Shown here: positions 32,017-40,631 of the stretch, piece by piece | Position numbering within the stretch: position 1 is the first letter of the stretch | How the letters are laid out: the number at the start of each line of letters is the position of its first letter | Origin: Solirubrobacterales bacterium | Lineage (GTDB): Bacteria > Actinomycetota > Thermoleophilia > Solirubrobacterales > Solirubrobacteraceae | DNA length: 64,000 nucleotides | Direction of reading: 5' to 3' | NCBI GenBank assembly: GCA_003137075.1 | Contig: PLES01000052.1 | Span: forward strand, 10,017-74,016 | Made by a program: the position numbers and the translations under genes | The notes under the pieces: model-generated | What the model was told of the DNA's origin: nothing | The model's input: the letters and a program-made list of their open reading frames with translations, nothing else | Databases searched by the model: none

Positions 32017-34028
32017 GCGAGTTCGAGGCAGGATCGACCATAGATGGGCGCTACCGCGTGCTATCGCGAATCGGCGCAGGCGGCATGGCTGACGTCTACC
32101 TCGCACAGGATCAGCAGCTCGGGCGCGAAGTCGCCGTCAAGCTGCTGCACCGCCGCTTCTCCGAAGACCCCGCGTTCGTCGAGCGCTTCCGCCGCGAGGC
32201 CCAGGCTGCGGCGTCGCTGCAGCATCCGAACGTCGTCAGCGTTTTTGACCGCGGGTCGTTCGACGGCACCTACTACATCGCCATGGAGTACCTGCCCGGC
32301 CGCTCGCTGAAGCAACTGATCCGTGAGGAGGCGCCGCTCGAGCCAGGGCGTGCCGTTGACCTCACCGTTCAGATCCTCAAGGCCGCCCGTTTCGCGCACC
32401 GGCGCAACGTGATCCATCGCGACCTCAAGCCTCACAACGTGATCGTCGACGACAACGATCACGCCAAGGTGACGGATTTCGGGATCGCCCGGGCCGGTGC
32501 ATCAGACATGACCGAAACCGGATCGATCATGGGCACCGCTCAATACCTCTCACCCGAGCAGGCACAGGGACACGCAGTGTCGGCGCCCTCGGACCTCTAC
32601 TCGGTCGCGATCGTGCTCTACGAGATGCTGACCGGCAAGGTCCCCTTTGAAGGGGACTCCGCGGTCACGATCGCCCTCAAGCACGTCTCGGAGACTCCGG
32701 TGCCGCCGAGTCAGCTCAATCCCGCCGTCAGCCCCGCGCTTGACCAGGTGGTGATGTGGGCGCTGAATAAGGACCCGGCCGACCGTCCTGCGGATGCCGA
32801 CCAGTTCATCGCCGCGCTCGAGCAGGTCCGCGGGGCCGTGACCGGACCGGTCGGCGAGATCACGGCGACGATGCGGGCCGTGTCGGTCGGCACCGACCTG
32901 GTGCCGACCGCCTACAGCACCGGTGCTGACGCCGGCGCCTTCCCCCGCGCATCGCTGTCTGCGGCGGACGCCGTGGGGGTCTATGGACACTCCCAGAACC
33001 CGCAGCTCAGCGGCGACAAGCTGAACCGCTATGACGACGACAGGGACGACCGGCACGGCTCGCCGATCTGGCCGTGGTTGGTCGGTTTGCTGGTGCTGGT
33101 GCTGATCGGCGGCGGCATCGCCGCTTTCCTGCTGACCCGCCCGAGCAAGGTCTCGGTGCCGGGCGTTGTCGGCCTATCGCTGCCGATCGCGCAGGACCGG
33201 CTGGATGCGCTCAACCTCAATCCGAACCCGACCTACGAGACATCGACGAGCGTCGCCAGCGGCAACGTGATTGACCAGGTGCCCGGGGCCGGTACGAAGC
33301 TCAAGAGCGGTTCGGACGTGACCCTGACGGTCTCGAGCGGTGCCGGCAGCGTGCAGGTGCCGTCGGTTGTGTCGCTGACGCAGAAGCAGGCGACCGCCCA
33401 GCTCCGAGCGTCAGGGCTCAAAGTGCAGCGCGTCATCACGCAGCAGGACTCGAGTGTCGACAAGAACGACGCGATCGCCACCTCTCCGGACGCTGGCACC
33501 ACCGTGCCCCGGGGCGAGGGCGTCGTGCTGATCCTGAGTTCGGGCACGGCGTTGCCGAACGTCGTCGGCGACACCCTGACGGCAGCTCAGCAGGCGCTGA
33601 ACGGGTACAAGGTTCTGACCACGCAGCAGGTCTCGACAACCGCGACCGCCGGCACCGTTCTGAGCCAAGTTCCGCCTGCGAATACTCCGGTCGCGTCGAA
33701 TTCGACAGTCAATCTGACGGTCGCCGCAGCCTCCAAGACCGCTGCCGTCCCGGACGTGGTCGGCTACACGATGGCTGGTGCCGCGCAGACGCTGCGGACA
33801 GCGGGTTTCAGTGTGATCGAGCTACCCGAGACGGTGAGGAACCCGAGTCAGGTCGGCAACGTCGTGAGGCAGCGCCCGCAGCCGCAGACGATCCATAAGA
33901 AGGGTTCGAACGTCGTCATCATCATCGGCGAGGCGCCGGCAACGCCGACGACCACAGCGACGATTCCGCCGGTCACAACGACCACCAGCACGACGACGAC
34001 TACCACGGGCCAGTCGACCACACCGTGA
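32013..34028 (+). CDS. pknB: Ser/Thr protein kinase PknB with four PASTA repeats and a Thr-rich tail
   Basis: 671 aa with GAGGMADVY, VAVKLL, HRDLKPHNV, DFG and SPE. These are followed by a TM helix, four repeats of about 65 aa (VPGVVGLS..., VPSVVSLT..., LPNVVGDT..., VPDVVGYT...) and the tail ATPTTTATIPPVTTTTSTTTTTTGQSTTP. Confidence 0.9.
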   Translation: MSEFEAGSTIDGRYRVLSRIGAGGMADVYLAQDQQLGREVAVKLLHRRFSEDPAFVERFRREAQAAASLQHPNVVSVFDRGSFDGTYYIAMEYLPGRSLKQLIREEAPLEPGRAVDLTVQILKAARFAHRRNVIHRDLKPHNVIVDDNDHAKVTDFGIARAGASDMTETGSIMGTAQYLSPEQAQGHAVSAPSDLYSVAIVLYEMLTGKVPFEGDSAVTIALKHVSETPVPPSQLNPAVSPALDQVVMWALNKDPADRPADADQFIAALEQVRGAVTGPVGEITATMRAVSVGTDLVPTAYSTGADAGAFPRASLSAADAVGVYGHSQNPQLSGDKLNRYDDDRDDRHGSPIWPWLVGLLVLVLIGGGIAAFLLTRPSKVSVPGVVGLSLPIAQDRLDALNLNPNPTYETSTSVASGNVIDQVPGAGTKLKSGSDVTLTVSSGAGSVQVPSVVSLTQKQATAQLRASGLKVQRVITQQDSSVDKNDAIATSPDAGTTVPRGEGVVLILSSGTALPNVVGDTLTAAQQALNGYKVLTTQQVSTTATAGTVLSQVPPANTPVASNSTVNLTVAAASKTAAVPDVVGYTMAGAAQTLRTAGFSVIELPETVRNPSQVGNVVRQRPQPQTIHKKGSNVVIIIGEAPATPTTTATIPPVTTTTSTTTTTTGQSTTP

Positions 34029-35032
34029 GCGCTGTGTCGCGGATCTTGGTGCTCGGCGGCGGCCGGTCGTCCGAGCACGAGGTGTCGCTCGCCTCGAGTA
34101 GCTCGGTGGCGGAAGGGCTGCGCACCGCCGGCTATGAGGTGCGCTCGGTGGTGATCGGCCGTGATGCCGTGTGGCGGGACGAAGCCGGCGATGAGCTCTC
34201 GCTTACGCCCGGGCGCGGGATCCCGGAGATCGACGTCGTCTTCCCGGTTCTGCACGGGCCTTTTGGCGAGGACGGCACGATCCAGGGCCTTTTGGAGACG
34301 ATCGACGTGCCCTACGTCGGCGCCGGCGTGCTGGCGAGCGCGCTCTGCATGGATAAGGTCGTATTCAAAGATCTGATGGCTCAGGCTGGAATACCGCAGG
34401 TGAACTACGGGGCCGTGACGGTCGCACGCTGGCGGGAGCATCCGCAAGCAGTTCTGCGTGAGCTTGAAGCGCTCCGGCTGCCGGTGTTTGTCAAGCCGGC
34501 TCGGCTCGGTTCGTCGGTCGGGATCGCGCGTGTAGCCGAAGCGAGCGCCCTGCGGGCGGCGCTCGACGACGCCTTCCGGTATGACCCGATGGTGATTGTC
34601 GAGGCCGCAGCTACCGGGATTGAAGTCGAGTGCTCGGTTCTTGGCAACGGCGACCCGATCGCCTCAATGCCCGGCGAGATCCTGCTCGCCGGCGGCGAGT
34701 CCGGCTGGTACGACTACGAGGCCAAGTACACGCCCGGGGGCATGCAGCTGATGGTCCCGGCGCGGATCTCGCAGAGTGCCCAGGAGCGCGTCCGGGAGTT
34801 GGCCGTCGAGGCATTTGTGCGCAGCGGCTGCGCCGGCCTGGCACGTGCGGACTTCTTCGTGGACGGCGAGTCGGTACTCGTCAACGAACTCAACACGCTG
34901 CCCGGCTTCACGGCGACCAGCGTCTACGGGGCACTCTTCGCCGCCAGCGGGCTTCCGTACCCGGAGTTGCTGTCCCGGCTGGTGACGCTCGCGGTTGAAC
35001 GCCACGAGTTCGAGCGCGCCCACTCCTTCTAG
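34025..35032 (+). CDS. ddl: D-alanine--D-alanine ligase
   Basis: 335 aa with VLGGGRSSEHEVSL, VFPVLHGPFGEDGTIQGLLE, an ATP-grasp core and NELNTLPGFT. GTGA overlap with the pknB stop. Confidence 0.9.
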   Translation: MSAVSRILVLGGGRSSEHEVSLASSSSVAEGLRTAGYEVRSVVIGRDAVWRDEAGDELSLTPGRGIPEIDVVFPVLHGPFGEDGTIQGLLETIDVPYVGAGVLASALCMDKVVFKDLMAQAGIPQVNYGAVTVARWREHPQAVLRELEALRLPVFVKPARLGSSVGIARVAEASALRAALDDAFRYDPMVIVEAAATGIEVECSVLGNGDPIASMPGEILLAGGESGWYDYEAKYTPGGMQLMVPARISQSAQERVRELAVEAFVRSGCAGLARADFFVDGESVLVNELNTLPGFTATSVYGALFAASGLPYPELLSRLVTLAVERHEFERAHSF

Positions 35033-35121
35033 TCGAGCGCCGCCGTGGCCGCGCCGGCCACAACTTGATGCCGGTCGATGCGTTGTACTGGTTGGGGCTC
35101 AACCGTCACAAGGAGAGTTGG

Positions 35122-36936
35122 ATGTCGCACTCACGTTCGAAACGCGCGCTCGCGCTAGGGGCAAGCCTTGCGGCGGTGACGGGCGTCGTCGGCTTCAGCG
35201 CGGCGCCGGCGCTGGCCGCAGGCGGCACGATCGTGGCGAGCGTGAGCGTGCCGAACGCGGCCGCGCTGGGAAACGTATCTGCCGTCCTGGTCGACGCCAA
35301 TGGCCAGGCCGATACGACCGCGACCGTCGCCGCGCCCACCAACGTGTCGGGCAACGGCGAGCAGTTCAGCTTCGCGAACGTGCCCGAGGGCGCCTCTTAC
35401 TACGTCTATTTCTACGACGGCGCGGCTGCCGACAACCTGGCGCCGGCCTTCGACGGTGGGGCGACGCTCGCCGCGGCGACGCCGGTGACGATGCCTGCCG
35501 CGGGCGGGACCGTCAACGCACCCGTCGCGACGCTCGTCGCCGGCGGCGTGATCACCGGCACGGTGACCAATGCCAGCACCGCTGCAGCACTCTCCGGCGG
35601 CACCGTGGCCGCGATTCCGACGGTCAACGGCGTTGCCGTGAGCGGCGGCTTCCTAAATGACGCCGACGGCACGCTCACCGTCAGCGGCAACTCATACACG
35701 CTCAGCGGCCTGCCATCGGGTGAGTACGTATTGCAGTACGCGAACACGGCCACGAACCCGTCCTACCCGAAGGCCTATTACTCGGCCGGCGGGGTCACAC
35801 AGCTACTCGGGGACGCAAGCGACTTCTCGGTCACGACGGCCACCGCCGCCCAGACCGCCAACTTCGCGGTTCCGGAGGCCGGGACCGTCACCGGCACCGT
35901 GCTCGCGTCAGCCTCTGACGCGCCGTTGGCCGGCGTGATCGTCCAGTTCTATGCGAGCTCCGGCCAGCCGGTGGTACGCACAACCACCGACAGCACCGGG
36001 GCCTATGCGGAATCTGACCTGCTGCCAGGCTCGTACAAGATCTCATTCACGCAGACCAATCCGGCGCTGCCGCTGGCACTGCAGTACTACACAGGCGCCG
36101 CCACCCTGGCCGGGGCCAACGCGGTCACGGTGGTGGCCGGCAGCACGATGAGCGACATCAACGTCGCTCTGGCCCCTGGTGGCGGGATCACCGGCAAGGT
36201 TGTGGCGGCGCGTGGCGAGGCGCCGCTTGGCGACAGCGGCGTGTACGTGATGGACGCGTCCGGCAACGTACTGGGCCACACCACGACGGCGAGCGACGGC
36301 ACCTACGCGCTCTCGAACCTGCCCGCCGGCACCTACTACGTAGAGTTCGGTGCGCCCAACTCGCAGGCGCTTGACCTCTTGACCGACTCGGCGCTGGTGC
36401 TGTTCGGCTACCAGCCTGAGTTCTACGGCGGCACGCTCTCACTGGCTGGAGCCAGGGCGGTCACGGTCGCGGCCGGCACCAACACGACCGCGATCGACGG
36501 GGCTCTGCTGCCTGCAAGCGCCGCCGTGGCCGGCTTGCCGGCCGAGTCAAAGGGCTCGCTCAGCGGCCTGCACAGGAACAAGGCCGCATTCGCGTTCACC
36601 GTGGTGCTCGGCTCCGGCGTTTCGGCCGACGCCGCGTCGGTCGCCGTAAAGCTTCCGGCCGGGTTCGGCTGGAACAAGGCGGTGCTCGCCAAGGATCTCT
36701 CGCTCAACGGCTCGAAGTTCACCTACACGGCCGTCGGGCGCACTCTGACGGTGACCTTCCAGCCCGGCCAGCGACGCTTCAGGGTGATCGTCGCCGGTGG
36801 TGGCGTCACCGTCTCCAAGGCACTGCGCACCAAGGCCGGGCACAAGAAGATCGCATCGGTCACGGTTGGCGTCACCGTCACTGACAGCCAGGGCGTCCTG
36901 ACGCCGCTCAGCGTCGTAGTCAAGCGCCCGAGCTGA
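35122..36936 (+). CDS. Secreted protein with about 4 carboxypeptidase-regulatory-like beta-sandwich repeats
   Basis: Start trimmed to MSHSRSKRALALGASLAAVTGVVGFSAAPALA (signal peptide) after AAGGAG. Repeats follow the pattern G(T/K)V...APL.G..V......G....TTTD/AS.G.Y....LP.G.Y...F. Confidence 0.55.
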   Translation: MSHSRSKRALALGASLAAVTGVVGFSAAPALAAGGTIVASVSVPNAAALGNVSAVLVDANGQADTTATVAAPTNVSGNGEQFSFANVPEGASYYVYFYDGAAADNLAPAFDGGATLAAATPVTMPAAGGTVNAPVATLVAGGVITGTVTNASTAAALSGGTVAAIPTVNGVAVSGGFLNDADGTLTVSGNSYTLSGLPSGEYVLQYANTATNPSYPKAYYSAGGVTQLLGDASDFSVTTATAAQTANFAVPEAGTVTGTVLASASDAPLAGVIVQFYASSGQPVVRTTTDSTGAYAESDLLPGSYKISFTQTNPALPLALQYYTGAATLAGANAVTVVAGSTMSDINVALAPGGGITGKVVAARGEAPLGDSGVYVMDASGNVLGHTTTASDGTYALSNLPAGTYYVEFGAPNSQALDLLTDSALVLFGYQPEFYGGTLSLAGARAVTVAAGTNTTAIDGALLPASAAVAGLPAESKGSLSGLHRNKAAFAFTVVLGSGVSADAASVAVKLPAGFGWNKAVLAKDLSLNGSKFTYTAVGRTLTVTFQPGQRRFRVIVAGGGVTVSKALRTKAGHKKIASVTVGVTVTDSQGVLTPLSVVVKRPS

Positions 36937-36978
36937 GCTCTCGGACATCCCGCAAGGCAGCGGCGCGCCGAAGCCCCA

Positions 36979-37002
36979 GGGGCGGTCCAGCGGGACCGCC
37001 CC
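36979..37002 (+). terminator. Perfect 10 bp GC hairpin downstream of the secreted repeat protein gene
   Basis: GGGGCGGTCC-agcg-GGACCGCCCC, 43 nt after the TGA. It has no U-tract, as is common in high-GC genomes. Confidence 0.5.
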
Positions 37003-37039
37003 CGTCAGCCGCCACATGCAACCGGCGATGTAGGCTCAT

Positions 37040-37900
37040 GTGCCTATGAAAGAGATCACCTCAGTAGCGGTTGTCGGCGCCGGCTTGATGGGTTCGGGAA
37101 TCGCGGAGTCGGCAGCCCTGGCCGGCGTCGACGTGGTTCTGCGAGACGTTGACCAGGCCGGGATCGACCGTGCGCAGCAGCGCGTCGAGCGCTCGCTGGC
37201 GCGCGCCGTTGAAGGCGGCAAGATGCGGGATGACGAGGCAGCGGCGATCCGGGCGCGGATCAAGCTCACCACCGACCTCGGCGAGATCGGCGATGTAGAT
37301 CTCGCGATCGAGGCTGTTCCTGAGGACGCCCATTTGAAGCTTGAGGTGATGGCGGCGATCGACGCGGCCGTGAGCAGCGAGACGGTGATCGCCTCCAACA
37401 CCTCCTCGATCCCAGTCACCCAGCTCGCACAGGCGGTGACCAACGCCGAGCGGGTGGTCGGCCTGCACTTCTTCTCGCCGGTGCCGGTCATGAATCTGGT
37501 CGAGATCGTGGTCGCGCTTGACACCAGCGAGGCGACCGTCGCCGTTGCCAAGGCGTTCGCGGCACAACTTGGCAAGACCCCGATCGAGAGCAAGGACCGC
37601 TCCGGGTTCATCGTCAACATGCTGCTGGTCCCCTATCTGTTGGCGGCCGTGCGCATGTTCGAGGACGGCTTCGCCACGCGCGAGGACATCGACACGGGTA
37701 TGAAGCTCGGCTGCGGCCATCCTATGGGCCCGCTCACGCTGAGCGACTTCATCGGTCTGGACGTGCTGCACGCGATCGGGATCTCGCTCTACGACGAGTT
37801 CAAGCGCGATGAGTACGCGCCGCCGCCGCTGCTCAAGCGGATGGTTGCCTCAGGACGGCTTGGCCGTAAGTCGGGCCGAGGCTTCTACGAATACGGCTAG
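37040..37900 (+). CDS. 3-hydroxybutyryl-CoA / 3-hydroxyacyl-CoA dehydrogenase
   Basis: 286 aa with Rossmann motif VAVVGAGLMGSGIA, plus NTSS, HFFSPVPVM, GFIVNMLLVPYL and GPLTLSDFIGLDV. The start is GTG at 37040 or ATG at 37046. Confidence 0.85.
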   Translation: MPMKEITSVAVVGAGLMGSGIAESAALAGVDVVLRDVDQAGIDRAQQRVERSLARAVEGGKMRDDEAAAIRARIKLTTDLGEIGDVDLAIEAVPEDAHLKLEVMAAIDAAVSSETVIASNTSSIPVTQLAQAVTNAERVVGLHFFSPVPVMNLVEIVVALDTSEATVAVAKAFAAQLGKTPIESKDRSGFIVNMLLVPYLLAAVRMFEDGFATREDIDTGMKLGCGHPMGPLTLSDFIGLDVLHAIGISLYDEFKRDEYAPPPLLKRMVASGRLGRKSGRGFYEYG

Positions 37901-37959
37901 CCCGGCTGGCTCGGCCGCGGCCGTCTGCGGCGCCTAACGCAGCCCGGCAGACCAGGCGG

Positions 37960-39453
37960 CTATCTGTAGAGCTTGATTTCGTTCACGGCTGCGTAATCGC
38001 CGCCGTGCGGCAGCTTGGTGATCCAGGTCAGGAAGTACGAGTACTTCCGCCCTCCGCCGGTTAGCCGGATCTCGCGGCCGCTCACCACCCGTTGGCTGGT
38101 GCTGAGCCGCTGCCAGCCGCTGCCGGCAAAGTTCGTCGCCGATGGCTGCTGGTTGGAGCCGTAGATCGTCGCTTCGAAGCCGGGCGTGACGGTATCGATC
38201 ACTATCGCGCTGGCGCTGGTCCCGCGTGTATGGGCGACGTAGATGCCGACGCCGGCCTTTCCGAGTTGGCCGGTGTAATACGTCTGCGTCGGCCAGGACG
38301 TGTTCGGCTTGCCGTCGATCGCGAGCCGCGCTTGGTTGTTGTTCTGCTCGGTCCCGCCGATGCCATCGGGGTTGTAGGCGGTCGCGCAGCGTCTGCAGAG
38401 CACCACCAGCTTCGCTTGGCCGCCCTTACCGGGAAGATCGGCGCCGCTGTGCGCCCGCGAGCCAAGCCAGATGCCGATCCCAATCAGGGCCAGCAGCATC
38501 ACGATCCCGGCGAGTCCGACCGTGCCGCGGTGCCTGATCGCCAGCGGCACGCGGCGCCGGGTGCGGCGCGGTAGCGAGTTCATGACGATCGTGGCCTCGC
38601 CGGTGACACTGCCCGCGCGCTGTGCCTCGAGTGCCAGCAACGCCTCAAGGTCGGCGATCAGCTCCTGGTCGTCGGCATAGCGGTCCTCCACGCGTTTCGC
38701 GGTAGCGGTGTCGACGATCGCGGCCAGCGCCGCTGACGCTTCGGGCCGCTTGGAGCGCACGTCGGGCAGCTCCTCGCGCACGTGTTTCATAGCCACGCCA
38801 ACCTGCGTTTCGGCGCTGAACGGCAGTTCGCCGGTCAACATCTCGTACAGCACCACGCCGAGTGAGTAGAGATCGGACTGGCCGGTGACGGACTGTCCGA
38901 GTGCCTGCTCCGGCGACACGTAGTCAGTCGTCCCGAGAACTCGCCCATCGTCGGTGAGTCCCTCCTCCTCGAGCGACCGCGCGATCCCGAAGTCCGTCAC
39001 CTTGGCTGTTCCCTCGAGGTCGATCAGGACGTTCTGCGGTTTCACGTCGCGGTGCACGATGAGATGGTCGTGGGCGGCGCCGAGGGCTCGTGCGATCTCG
39101 ATCGCATAGGCCACGGCCTCGGGGATCGGCAGACGGCCAAGCCGGCGGACCCGCTGCTTGAGGGTCTCGCCCTCGATGAACTCGAAGACGATGTACGGGT
39201 GGCCGGAGTCCTCCCCGGCGTCAATCACCCCAACGACGTTGGGGTGCGAGAGCTGCGCCACGGCGCGAGCTTCTCGCCGGAACCGCTCGAGCTGGTCCGA
39301 GTCGTCCGCGACCTCACGGTTCATGACCTTCACGGCCACTGACCGCTGCAGGGTCTCGTCAACCGCGCGGTAAACGGTCGACATGCCTCCGGCTCCGATC
39401 CGCTCCTCGAGACGGTAACGAGCGCTGAGCGTGATTCCGAGCAGGTCGCTCAT
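37960..39453 (-). CDS. Ser/Thr protein kinase with extracytoplasmic discoidin (F5/8 type C)-like C-terminal domain
   Basis: Start trimmed to MSDLLGITLSARYRLEERIGAGGMSTVY. Hanks motifs HRDVKPQNVL, DFG and SPE, a TM helix (VGLAGIVMLLALIGIGIWL), then AIDGKPNTSWPTQ...AVNEIKLYR, which is typical of galactose-binding-like domains. Confidence 0.75.
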   Translation of the reverse strand: MSDLLGITLSARYRLEERIGAGGMSTVYRAVDETLQRSVAVKVMNREVADDSDQLERFRREARAVAQLSHPNVVGVIDAGEDSGHPYIVFEFIEGETLKQRVRRLGRLPIPEAVAYAIEIARALGAAHDHLIVHRDVKPQNVLIDLEGTAKVTDFGIARSLEEEGLTDDGRVLGTTDYVSPEQALGQSVTGQSDLYSLGVVLYEMLTGELPFSAETQVGVAMKHVREELPDVRSKRPEASAALAAIVDTATAKRVEDRYADDQELIADLEALLALEAQRAGSVTGEATIVMNSLPRRTRRRVPLAIRHRGTVGLAGIVMLLALIGIGIWLGSRAHSGADLPGKGGQAKLVVLCRRCATAYNPDGIGGTEQNNNQARLAIDGKPNTSWPTQTYYTGQLGKAGVGIYVAHTRGTSASAIVIDTVTPGFEATIYGSNQQPSATNFAGSGWQRLSTSQRVVSGREIRLTGGGRKYSYFLTWITKLPHGGDYAAVNEIKLYR

Positions 39454-39536
39454 CGCCACCCATTGTGAACGCGCTGCGCCTGTAGCGGTGCAACGCCGCT
39501 GGCGTTGCCCTCGGAGTGGTGCTCCCGGATGACGCG

Positions 39537-40631
39537 CTAGGCGCCGACGAGCTTGTCTACGCCCGGCTCGCCGCGTACGCCCATCGGCAGCACTTCGATC
39601 ACATCGTCCTGGTCGGTGATCGTCCCGATCACAGCGGCGCCGGGGTGGAACGAGGCCAGCAGGTCCACAGCCGCATCGGCCTGGTCGGCAGGCACCATCG
39701 CCACCAACCCGCAGCCCATGTTGAAGACCTCCCACATCTCGGCGGGCGAGACCTCGCCGAACTGGGCGATCAGTTCGAAGACCGGCGGTGATGGCAGCGG
39801 CTCGCTGATCGAATACCCGACCCCGGAGCCGATCCGCCTCAGGTTCAAGAGGCCGCCACCGGTGATGTGCGCGAGCCCGCGCACATCGATCGAGGAGCGG
39901 AGCAGCTCGAGCACTGCGCGCACGTAGATCACGGTCGGTTCAAGCAGCGCGTCGCCGATCGTCTTGCCGCCAAGCGTGGCCGGGGTCGCACCGAGCCCGA
40001 GTCCGCCGTCTTCGACCAGCGCCCGCCGCGCCAGCGTCAAGCCGTTGGAGTGAACTCCGGAAGCCGGTAGGCCGATCATCACGTCGCCGGGGCGTACGGC
40101 CGCGCCGTCGATGATCTGGTCGAGCGCGACCGTGCCAAAGGCCGATCCGACAAGGTCGAATCCGTACGGCGACGGATGGCCGCGCAGCACCTCGGGCACC
40201 TGGCAGACCTCGCCGCCGGGGATCTCGACGCCGGCGTCGGCGGCGCCGATGCTGAGGCCTACACCGATCTGACGCAGCAGCTCAGGGTCGGCTCGTTCGA
40301 CCGCGATGTAATCGAGCAGCGCCAGCGGCTCGGCGCCGACGCAGATCAGGTCATTCACGTTCATCGCGACGCAGTCGATCCCGATCGTGTCGAAGCGCTG
40401 CAGCTGCTCGGCGACGATCACCTTTGAGCCGACGCTGTCGGTCGCGAGCGCGATCCCGACGTTCGGGGCTAGGCCGCCCGGCAGGCGCATGATGCTGGCG
40501 TAGTGGCCAGGCAGCGGCACCGCCAACGAAGGCCGGCCGGTCTCGATCGTCTTCAGCACGCCGACGATCGCGGCTACGCCACGGTCGGCCTGCTCGGTAT
40601 CAACCCCTGCTGCGGCGTACGCGTCGGTCAC
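39537..40631 (-). CDS. purM: Phosphoribosylformylglycinamidine cyclo-ligase (AIR synthetase)
   Basis: 364 aa with YAAAGVDT, ATDSVGSKV, GIDCVAMNVNDL, GGEV, HSNGLTLAR, HITGGG and NMGCG. Confidence 0.9.
   Translation of the reverse strand: MTDAYAAAGVDTEQADRGVAAIVGVLKTIETGRPSLAVPLPGHYASIMRLPGGLAPNVGIALATDSVGSKVIVAEQLQRFDTIGIDCVAMNVNDLICVGAEPLALLDYIAVERADPELLRQIGVGLSIGAADAGVEIPGGEVCQVPEVLRGHPSPYGFDLVGSAFGTVALDQIIDGAAVRPGDVMIGLPASGVHSNGLTLARRALVEDGGLGLGATPATLGGKTIGDALLEPTVIYVRAVLELLRSSIDVRGLAHITGGGLLNLRRIGSGVGYSISEPLPSPPVFELIAQFGEVSPAEMWEVFNMGCGLVAMVPADQADAAVDLLASFHPGAAVIGTITDQDDVIEVLPMGVRGEPGVDKLVGA

Noticed and set aside
39454-39735. N-terminal extensions of several track ORFs (kinase to 39735, GT2 from 52963, GT4 from 54078, GT2 from 54746, DegT from 43454, MTase from 61120, rsmG to 8699, rpmH to 11648, UppP to 43105).
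   Set aside because: The extensions overlap the neighbouring gene, are Arg-rich low complexity, and an internal start restores a canonical N-terminus, often with a start/stop overlap to the upstream gene.
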